Of a stretch of 64,000 nucleotides of DNA, positions 27,101 to 39,100 are shown one piece after another. A model generated the notes under the pieces. That model was not told the origin of the DNA, searched no databases, and worked only from the letters and a program-made list of their open reading frames with translations. The translations under genes and the position numbers were made by a program. Within the stretch, counting starts at the first letter, position 1. Each line of letters starts with the position of its first letter. The stretch spans positions 36,580,001 to 36,644,000 of the forward strand of contig CAIIXF020000001.1 in NCBI GenBank assembly GCA_903813345.2, given 5' to 3'. The stretch is from Owenia fusiformis. Lineage: Eukaryota.

Positions 27101-30100
27101 TGTTAAATAACAACAAATCCTTCAAACATAGCTGGAATGATGACATTCTTTGCAAAGATTATGGATGCTGGAAACTATCATGTTAGGTGTTAATCTTACT
27201 TATTACTCTGTATGTTATTGATGCACCATTATAAAAACATAAAATATATGATTAATAGGACTATAATATGACATGATTATGTTCAGTATCCTTGGAAATC
27301 CTTTCATGGCCTTTCATTCTTTCATTTGTTCATGAAAACTCTCTACATAATGGTATTTATATGACAGTCTAGACAATAGAATACAATTGCTTGTTTACCT
27401 CATTGACATTGTGTTTATACTTTACATGTTCTATCGAAGTAAACATATTTGTTATTGGAGGTTTGTGATAACTTTAATTATATGATGCATGCTGTGTATT
27501 TACTGTATCATATTTTCATCAGCAGATCTGTTCACACACAGGCCTTAGTATGTAACATCTGTTAAAGGTGCAACAATTAGTGCAGAGGGGTCATTCAACG
27601 CTCATGGACCGGTGTCAAAATATATTTAAGTTTGGATATTTCATCAAGACCAACATATATTTTTATTATCTCCAAAGAAACCCCCTGGATGAACATCATT
27701 TCAGCTGATATCCCCCTTGAAACGTGTCGGATCTTAAAAATCTATAAGTGGGCCTCCCTTTATAGAAGCTTTGAACTGAATTTACACTGCTTAATGCTGA
27801 AATTTATAGTTTATCCATACATTTTAAGAAAATAGGTATGTCAAAGAAGATGTTAAGCCAAATGTTGCCCTGATAGCTCAAAAAAAGTAAAAATTTTCAA
27901 ATTTTCTATCTACAGACCTTGTTGCCCTTTTAATTAATAAAATGTTGGACATAGCTTCATTCATCAATTTCAAATGACATGATCAATGTGAAATTGTTAT
28001 GCTTAATATTTATATGTCATTTTCATAGAAATATGTGTTTTATTATACATAAATTATCCACATTATGGCACTCGTATAAGTCAAATTGAAAGCTTTATTC
28101 TTTAATGCTTCAGAATAGTAGAATAATGTGTGACATAAAACTTAATACCTCTAGCATGACATTCATTCCCATTATAATTAGTAGGCTTCTTACATGAAGA
28201 AAAGGCTTATAAGAAATGCAGTGGAAAATAAATGTTTCAGAAGCTGATTATGTTGGAAGACAAATACTTATGCATAGTGAATTAAATTGAGAATTTGGTA
28301 CATGTACAGTAGATGTTCATTAATATTTATTTATTTATATTAAAAGGATTAAATGAAATGTGCCTGTTCTTTTGCACACAATCTAAGAATACTTTCTTAG
28401 TCTTAACCACTGAAGAAGCATTTTTATTCCATAATACTACTGTTTTCCCAGGGAAATATGAGGGAATAAAAATCGTATTGAATCGTATTACATGAAAAAA
28501 TCGTATTGTCCCCGGGAAAAAATCGTATTAGAGCGTATTACATGAAAAAATCGTATTGTCCCCGGGAAAAATCGTATTGGAACAAATTAACCTATTTTCG
28601 GTTTCCTGGTTATTTTTTCCAGTTTTTTTGCATTATCCAAATGTAGCATTTTGGAGGGGTGTATCATGGAATAAATAGGTTATTTCTAGTCGGGATTGAA
28701 TATGGGTTTTATTCCTCGGAAAATATGATATTGACCTTGGGTTATATGATATTGACACTCGGTCGCTGCGCTCCCTCGGTCAATATCATATTACCCTTCG
28801 GTCAATATCATATTGTCCCTCGGAATAAAACCCATATTCAATCCCTCCCAGTAAATAACCTATATGTATTAGCAGCTTTGCTGATACCAATCAGAATAAA
28901 TATAGTATTACAACAAAACTTAAGTGGCGTACAGAGTTACACTCAATAAAGTTTATGTTCCATCATTAATCTAATGAGAAAATTTTCTAACAAGTACTAT
29001 ATATATCAAATAATAATGCAGTGAAACCCATGAGGGTTGAATTCTTTGGTACCAAAAAACAGTTGTCTACTTGGAAGGTGTTCATTTATATTAATGAATT
29101 TAATTTTTTAAGTTAATATATTGCCATTTTACTTAATGCAACAATATAAATAGTAAGACATACACTGAACACAGCTTGTCCCAAAATGTCTTGTGTGAGT
29201 ACTTTTTCATGTAATTTTCCAAACTGAGATTTTTAGACTCCCATGGTTAACCTGACATTGTTGTGTTTCAGCTGAGAAAGAGCAGGATATCATCTATGAG
29301 GTTGTCTTTGATGCACCCTTCATGGGAGGTCTTACAATCAGGTAAGATGGACACTCCTCTCTCATCTGTTTATGATTAAATACAACACACAATCCATTTT
29401 TATGCACTAAATTCAACACATACATACCGTTTTCTCTCTCATGAGTGTACAGTTCCAATGAGCACACAATGTTTATTCTTTTCAGTTTTGTATAAGATGT
29501 TCATAAATGAGCATTATTCTTTTGACTTTTTGTATAAGATGTTCATAAACGAGCTTTATTCTTTTGACTTTATGTGTAAGATGTTCATAAACGAGCATTA
29601 TTCTTTTGACTTTTTGTATAAGATGTTCATAAATGAGCATTATTCTTTTGACTTTTTGTATAAGATGTTCATAAACATGCTTTGTTCTTTTGACTTTATG
29701 TGTAAGATGTTCATAAACGAGCATTATTCTTTTGACTTTTTGTATAAGATGTTCATAAACGAGCATTATTCTTTTGACTTTTTGTATATGATGTTCATAA
29801 ACGAGCATTATTCTTTTGACTTTTTGTATAAGATGTTCATAAACGAACATTATTCTTTTGACTTTTTGTATAATATGTTCATAAATGAGCATTATTCTTT
29901 TGAATTTTTGATGTCCATAAAAGGGCATTACAAATTTGAGGAGTTTCAATGAGATGACTCAAAGAATTAAATAGTTACTAACACTTCAAAGCTGCAGAAT
30001 TTACTGCAACATCATTTTTATGTCCTGTTTGTTCTTTAGAGTCAGTGATAAACATAATGTAATCTTGTCATTTAGGTGTTCAGCCAGCAAAGCCTATAGA

Positions 30101-33100
30101 ATGCCTGGTACCTCCCTGATTAATCTCAGCCATGGAGTTAGAAAGGAACAAGGTATAACGACTCCAATCAAGAAAACTCCGACTAAGCCTCAATTCCAGA
30201 ATCAACAGAATCGGCAACAGAGAGGAGCACACAATAACAGTAATAACAATATCACTTATGCCAATAGTGTCGCAATAAATGGACCGATGAGGAGACCAGG
30301 TCTGGGATACGAAGCACATCATCGTCAACAAAATGAAGCACAATTAAATCAGGTAAGATTGGTCTCTATAACATCACTTATATAAACCTCCCAATGGAAT
30401 GCAGTATAGTGACTCACTGGGGACATCAGACAGTGACATCTTTCATTCTGTTATGTCACTTTATTTTTAGGTGAATTTCTGATGCGGATTCAAGTAATTA
30501 CTTTCATTTTTCAAACCTTCAACTAGAATTGTTCTACATTATATAAGTTGCATGCTTCTTTGTATCAGACATTTTCTTATTGTAGGGTGCGAAGGGTCAA
30601 TATGCAGTTGATAACAACATTAGGCAACAGCAACAAAATATTAGGTCTCAACAACAACAGTCAACTAGATCGCAACAAGACACACATAAACAACAGTATG
30701 AGACACATAAACAGCAGAATGACACACCTAAAAAACAGAATGACATGCATAAACAACAGCAAAAAGACAATCATAGACAGCAACCAGTAGATTTGAAGGA
30801 ACAGCGTGAACAATACCTCCAACAGAAGGAGCAGAAAAGAAAGATGTACGAGAGTAGAGCACCAAAGGTATCTGATGTTTTTAGCTCACATGGTGAGCTT
30901 TTGCAATCACTCACTTGTCCATCTGTCTGTCTGTCCGTCCGTCTGTCCGTCTGTCCGTCTGTCCACTTTCCGTCAATAACAGTGGCACGTTTTAAAACCT
31001 CTGTCGATAGGATTCCTGTTTTAAGTTATTTCTGTTCAACATCAATACAGAAAATTCCCCTATGACTCCTGGTTCAAAAGCTCGCCTATTTTCAAAATGG
31101 TCGCCATTTTTGTCTCGCGAAATTCAATTTTGGCCCATTTCCTTAATTTTAAGTGTCCTAGGTTGTAAAAATCCATGTTAATGTAAAGAGTAGATGTATG
31201 AAATAATTTTGTTACGAAAAATCAGCGAAAAATTATATCCATTTTTTTTTCAGCCATTTTAGTTAACATTGATTTGTCCATTTGTCTCGCAAAATTCACT
31301 TTTGGACCATTTGCCTTAAACCCTCTGTTGATAGGATTCCCGTTTTAACTTAATTATCCCATCGAACGAAGTTCGGAGGGATATAGGGAACACCTCCGTC
31401 CGTCCGTCCGTCCGTACGTCCGTCCGTACGTATGTCCGTCCGTCCGTCTGTCCGGGCAATAACTCAAATACCGTTGGCACGATTTTGTTCATATTTTGTA
31501 CACATATACCCTATGGGGGTAGAAGTTCTGCTCGAAAGCCGATTTTCAAAATGGCCGCTCATTTAAAAATGGTGGCCATTTTAGTGCCGAATTTACAGTA
31601 ATTTAGGTGCAATATGTAAAACTGTAATAGCAATATGTTTTAGATGTAAAAAAATTATATAGGACATTAATAAAGCTAGAAATGTAGATATTAAAGAAGC
31701 ACATGGCAGCCATCTTGAAAAATGGCGGCCTTTACTCGTTATTTTACAATTTTTGCTGTAACTCGAAAAGTAGTAGAGCGATTTTGTTCATATTTGGTAT
31801 GTGAATTCTATAAGCCGGACACACTGTCCTATGACACTTTTGGTAGAAGGCGGCCATTTTGAAAAAAATTTTGAAAAATGGCCGCCATTTTAACATATTT
31901 TACTATAACTCGAAAAGTAGTGAAGCGATTTTGTTCATATTTGGTATGTGAATACTATAAGCATGGCACACTGTCTAATGACACTTTTGGTAGAAGGTGG
32001 CCATTTTTCAAAATGGCCGCCATTTTAACGTATTTTACTATAACTCGAAAAGTAGTAGAGCGATTTTGTTCATATTTGGTATGTGAATACTATAAGCATG
32101 ACACACTGTCCTATGACACTTTTGGTAGAAGGCAGCCATTTTGAAAAAAAATTTGAAAAATGGCCGCCATTCTAACGTATTTTATTATAACTCGAAAAGT
32201 AGTGAAGCGATTTTGTTCATATTTGGTATGTGAATACTGTAAGCATGGCACACTGTCTAATGACACTTTTGGTAGAAGGCGGTCATTTTTCAAAATGGCC
32301 ACCATTTTAACGTATTTTACTATAACTTGAAAAGTAGTGGAGTGATTTTGTTTATATTTGGTATGTAAATACTATAAGCATGGCACACTGTCTAATGGCA
32401 CTTTTGGTAGAAGGTGGCCATTTTGAAAAATGGCCGCCATTTTAACGTATTTTACTATAACTTGAAAAGTAGTGGAGGGATTTTGGTTATTTTTGGTATG
32501 TGAATACTATAAGCATGGCACATGGTCTAATGACACTTTTGGTAGAAGGCGACCATTTTGTAAAATGGCTGCCATTTTTGCTATATACTTTGTTTGTATT
32601 AATGCCATCCATGGCTGTTCGATGGGATTCGCTACGCTTTGGCGTTGCCGTTGTTCTGGTTTTGTTTAACATCAATACAAAAAACTCTCCTATGACTTTT
32701 GGTTCAAAAGCTCGCATATTTTCAAAATGGTCACCATTCTTGTTTCGCGAAATTCACTTTTTGCCCATTTCCTAGCTTTACAAATAATTTCAGCTGTCCT
32801 GCATTGTTAAAAGCCATGTCACTGTAAAGAGTAGTTGTATGAAATAATTTTGTTACAAAAAATTGGCAAAATATTATATCCGTTTTTTTATTTTCAGCCA
32901 TTTTAGTTAACATTGATTTGTCCATCTGTCTCGCGAAATCCTCTTTTGGACCATTTGCTTAAAACCTCTGTCGATAGGATTCCAGTTTCAAGATATTTTT
33001 GTTCAACATCAATACAAAAAACTATGACTAAGACTCCTGGTTCAAAAGCTTGCCTGATTTCAAAATGGTCGCCATTTTTGTCTCGCAAATTCAATTTTGG

Positions 33101-36100
33101 CCCATTTCCTAGCTTTACAAATAATTTCAGGTGTCTTGCATTGCAAAAAGCCATGTCAATGGTAGTTGGATGAAATAATTTTGTTACAAATAATTGGCAA
33201 AAAATTATATCCATTTTTTTTCAGCCATTTTACTTAACATCGATTTGTCAATCTGTCTCTCAGTCAGTCCAAAATAGTGGCAAGTGGCTTGAAATAATTT
33301 TGTTACAAAAAATCAGCAAAAAATTATATCAGTTTTTTTTTATTTTCTGTCACCATGTGAGCCCAGTACCCACGGTACTAATTTTTCAACTAAAACTTTG
33401 GTTTTAAAGATTAAAATGTCAAAACCTCAATTCGAAGGGAAATTTTTTTAGATAAAAAAGATTCAGACATCAAAACCTTTGTACAAATTTTGATCATTTC
33501 AAAAGAATCAACTTTATAATATGGTATATGACACATTTTTTGGAAATGTTTTATCCAAAGTCAAAATCATAAGAATATTGAGTACAGACATTAACTGCTC
33601 TTGCCTTATTCAGGATCGGACATTGCATTGGTACAAATAATTCAACATCCAATACACTTTAACAATGAACATTATGTATGTAGAAGCAATTTGAAGCAAT
33701 TTGTACCTCATTTATTGAACAATTATACTTCTGCATCTAACCAAACAATAGTGTAAGGAGTATTATTGCATTTATAAAATATTAAGAAATGCACCATTGC
33801 CATAGTAACTATTGTTTATCTGTTATTGCAGCCGAAACAAGACAATGAGTTTGCAAATATCTGGCAACAGTTACAATCCTCAGCTGTAACTGAAGACTCT
33901 ATATTAGCACAGGCAGCCAAGGTTTTACCCACTCCTGATAAAGTAAAACCCAAAGAGGACACAACCGTCAAAGCACCGATGGACAAACAGATGACAAGAG
34001 TTGATGTCGATACACTGTTTAAGGCAAAGGAACAGCCAAGTGCTACGAAAGACAATGAAGAGTTCAACGATTTGTTTAATTCACTTAAAGTGTCTGAGGA
34101 GAAAAAGCAACCTGAGTCAAGTCAGGATAAGGTATGCTATTAAATGAGAATCAGAGATAGACAGCAACTTTTTTCAAAAATTGTTTCAGTTTCAGAATTT
34201 TTGAGCTTATGTTCCTTATTGTGTTTATTATGTCACCACAAGTGTTGTAGTCTCCAACTATTTTGAAGACAGTGTTTGGCTGTTTGCATCTGTAACAAAT
34301 GGCAGATGGTGACATTTTGCACATTGCTTTGTTTTAGCCTTATTTTAAATATTGTAAATATTGCTTGTGATTTTGTTTAAAGTAATGTGAGACTTTTGTG
34401 GCTCCTGTGAGTAAAACCGATGAGGTCCTAAATAATAGATAGGCTATAGAGTTTTGACCAGTTTCAGGTTGGATGCTATTGAGTTTTTGGTATATTTTAA
34501 TTTTAGGACCCAAGTGCAGCATTGTGTGAAATGTTAAAGATAGGTGGCAGCACTCCAACTAAGTCAACTCCAAAAGAGGCAACAGATGTCACGACTAACA
34601 AAACTTATGGAAAACAAGTATCGGTGCAAGAATTGTTTCGGGGTAAATTTTTTTTTTCAAGAAATGTAATGTCCATTGTACCTTAACATTATAACTAATC
34701 AGAAAGGTGAAAAATGTTTAAAATGTTTAAAACTTTAAAATTGAATCCAGGATGGTTATGATTATTTATGTCTTCTAGGTGCACAGAAGCAGAGTACACC
34801 TACCAAATCAGATGGGCATCAGCCAAAGACTGTGAAACAAGCCAACCAACAGTCGTAAGTAAAATGTTCATGTTAGCTGTACAAATGATCATTCAGGCAA
34901 TGATAATTAATTTCATTAATTTTTATCGTACCTTTATTGTCATCAGCTTGACGGGCGGGCGGGCGGCGTTTCACTTTTCAGCTTGTCTACAGGTTTCCAG
35001 CCAAACCATTTGACAGATTCATCTGAAATTTTCAGGAATGTTTCTACGTATCAAAGTTAAGAACTGATTAGTTTTTGGGCATTCTGGGTAAATTTTAAGG
35101 TGGCCATTTTGGATTTTCCGTCCTAAAATCTTCACTTTCAAGACTTGTCTACAGGTTTCCAGCCAAACCATTTGACGGATTCATCTGAAATTTTCAGGAA
35201 TATTTTTACGTATCAAAGTTAAGAAATGATTAGTTTTTGGGCATTCTGGGTAAATTTTAAGGTTGCCATTTTGGATTTTCCGTCCTAAAATCTTCACTTT
35301 CAAGACTTGTCTACAGGTTTCCAGCCAAACAATTTGACAGATTCATCTGAAATTTTCAGGGATGTTTCTACGTATCAAAGTTAAGAACTGATTAGTTTTT
35401 TGGCATTCTGGGTAAAATTTAAGGTGGCCATTTTGGATTTTCCGTCCTAAAATCTTCACTTTCAAGACTTGTCTACAGGTTTCCAGCCAAACCATTTGAC
35501 GGATTCATTTGAAATTTACAGGGATGTTTCTACATATCAAAGTTAACAACTGATTAGTTTTTGAGCATTCTGGGTTAATTTTAAGGTGGCCATTTTGGAT
35601 TTTCCGTCCTAAAATCTTCACTTTCAAGACTTGTCTACAGGTTTCCAGCCAAACCATTTGAGGGATTCATCTGAAATTTTCAGGGATGTTTCTACGTATC
35701 AAAGTTAAGAACTGATTAGTTTTTGGGCATTCTGGGTAAATTTTAAGGTGGCCATTTTGGATTTTCTGTCCTAAATTCTTCACTGTCACACTGCTGTGTT
35801 TTAGATACGATATTGTTCACGTCTGTGCCTTGTTATCTTTGAGGTTCTTGTGATTCCTGGGAAACTTAAGTTGATTATGATGTGGACTTACTTTTAGAAG
35901 AGATTGTGTTAGCTACATATCTATAAAAGATACTTTGCAAAACTAGGGTTGATCTTTTCGGTTTTTGATTCTGTAAGGGTTTTCACCAATTAGGCTTTTA
36001 TTTTGAATATTATAACTAGACACTTTCAAACAAATGAAATATATTCATCCAATTTTTCCAGGCAACTCAATTTTAATTTCAAGAAGCACATATGTAAAAG

Positions 36101-39100
36101 GCTATATCAAAGTAATGACCTCATACTACAGTACCTTCAGTTTGCATAATAAAGATAGCCAGAATAACATAATATAACTTCTTGGTTTCATTGATTTCAG
36201 CTCTGCAGTACTACAACTGCTTAGTTGGTGTCAGCAAATGAAGATGGCCCCTCCCAAATATGACTATATTCCACATCAGAATAAGGTAAGAACACTGTGC
36301 AACTCAAGTGGCCGTGTCTGTATTTTGTGTACTCTTAAACAGGCAATGCCTATTTTTGAAGGAAAAAGGACAAAATATTACTTGAGACATGTCACTCACA
36401 CAGTCAATCAAATATGATAAAAACTTTTATTTGGGATAATACTGATGTGAAAAAAAAATTACTTGCATAGAAAAACAGCATTTGAAGTTCAGAGATTGAA
36501 AAAAGTGAATTACCACTTTTCACAAAGTGTATGTTTTAAATAACTCTTGGATTAAAAGATGGCGTATGCTTGAAAATCCTATCAAAAATGAATGGATAAT
36601 TAATGCAAACAACAATGCCATCTTTCTATCGCATTGCTAAAAACTTGACATATAAAAATTGATAGATCAAAAATATTTTTTCATGATCTAGTGTCAATTC
36701 TGATGTGGTCTGTTTGAGCTGTTTTTGGTGTCAAATGAAAGATCAGGTACTTATTTATCCATTGGCAATACTATGAAGATTTAAAGTGAGACTTCATTTA
36801 CGCACCTTATCCCTTTAAGTAATATGACTTCTGAGAGTTTATATAACAAATGGGGTTGATAAGACTTCTCATTATTTTCCATAGTTGCTATAAATGTATT
36901 ATATTACATCTCTCATGAAATGATTTATTAATTATACCAATTTACACAGCTTGTTTATCTTGTTTTAGCCATATCAGGAGCCTATGTGGGTTAGTAATAA
37001 AAAATAAATGAAAATAATTTTTCGATTAATTTTCAATATCATAAGCTTCATTTTATCATTCCTATTCAAGGAAAGCCACTCATCCGGTTTTCTTTATATT
37101 TCATTAATTTATATCTTCATGTTTACCTTGTAATATGAATTGAAGTTCATTCTCATTAGCATTTTAATTTCATAAATTCCCCAAAACATTGAGATCTTGG
37201 AATGTTTTCTATCATCTCTTTTCAAAGGCATTTAGTACATGCATCTGTCTCTTATATTGTATATTACTATTTGTCTGTGTAGAGAAATGCTTTGTTGTGG
37301 TGACACTTTTAATATATAGATGTGAGTCTCAATATTGCAAGCTTGTTGTTATGCAATAAAACCTGACATAATTTGAACACATTTGTTAGAACAATAACGA
37401 GTCCAATATACTGTTAAATGCTACATATGAACTCCCAGCAAAAAGCTGTTTATCCTTTAAGCTTTAGGTCAGGAATACATCGTCTGATATGAAGTCACCA
37501 GTAATTCAAAAACTTTTTACAAAAATTGGCCATTTACCTTATTGGTTGATGTAATCCTTGGACTTTGCACTAGACCGTTTATAACCAACCACCATCTCAT
37601 ATTTTGTTCACCAAGATTTTACAGGATGATTTTATGGAGCCTCTCTATTGCAAAAGATTTTACACTTGTAAACTGTTAACAAAGGTGGATGATTTAGCAA
37701 TGTAATTATGTGTGAGATATAGTGCAAAACTTTGAGAGAACTTCTATTTGAACTAGCAAGATGTGAGGGCGTTCAAATATGCAGGTTTTACTGTACATGT
37801 TTTGCAGCCTTTGGTGTCTGCTTGTATAGCCTTAGCAGATGGGAGAAAGTTTCAGGGCTCTGCAACCAAAAGCAAGGAACAGGCAGCTGCCAGTGCAGCC
37901 AGCATGGCCATGTTGCAGCTGGTAAGTCTCGCAGAAACAATTGTCCATCGGTATGAAGCCATGCATCCAGTGTATCCAGGGAAATGCAACATCTTCAATC
38001 AAGAATTGCAGCAAATTTTCATAATGTTTGAATTTCAATGATGCCTGGAAGTAGATTGAAGAACTTATCTTTTTTCGCTATTTTCATTGATGCTTTATTG
38101 TATTTTCTTCAAATGTTCTGTTTTGTTTTTATCTGTGACATTGTTTGTCAAAAGTTAAATGTAGTAGTTGTTAGCAACTTAGCATGCATCTGTCAACCAA
38201 CATCTAGTTTCTAGTGTTCTACCCAGGACCTTGTAAAAAGTTGAATGTTATGTTCTGAAGTGATTTTCCATGATTTCTGAATTTTCAACAGATGCCTATT
38301 GCTTTTCAAGTAGGTCCAATATCCGACCTAGCTGTTTTAATGCTTGGAAGACCACACTCTTTATATGCATGTTATTATTACTTGTATCACTATATCAGCC
38401 ATCACATCATTTGGGAGATTCCTTTATTTCCCATAATTTGCACCATTTACATGTAGTAAAAGTGCTGCCTTTTTAGTGAAATACATGAAATATGTTTTCA
38501 GCGAACCAAGTCCCCTGTTCCTCCTTTTAATGGACCAGGGCCTCAACAGCAGCAAATGCAACCTCAGATTATGGGACGCGGGGGAATAATGACATCCCCA
38601 ACCTCTGCCTTCACTCCTGTACAGCCAAGAGGTAAATTATGTCCCCATTAGAGATTTGTTTGTTAAATTGAATTTAATTTAATTTCAGATATTTGATATG
38701 CATTGATTGAATTCATGAATACATGTTATTTTAAAAATTCTTTGTTATTTAATTAAACCATGTGTATAACCTGCATTCAATAACATCACGCTTTAAATCA
38801 CCAATAACTCATTCCTGAGCTTTGAAATCTGTTGTCCATTTGAGAATATAAATGTTAATTTACAAAATTGAAAAAATAAATTTGGTAAATTAAAGAAAAT
38901 GGTCCACACCTTTACAGTCACGTGTACAGTAGCTTGCTTTTTAATTCCTTCAGGAAACTTCAGCCAGTACCCAATAAACAACCAAGGAGCCATACAACAA
39001 CAGGGGGGTCTACATGGGGGCCCACAGAGGTTCCCTGGCTACCCCACTACACAGCCAGGCTTCATGCCGGGTCATCACCAAGGCAACTTCCAACAGCAGC

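Noticed and set aside
29458..29952. ORFs of 164 and 155 aa on both strands
   Set aside because: Products of the 42-bp minisatellite (unit divisible by 3).
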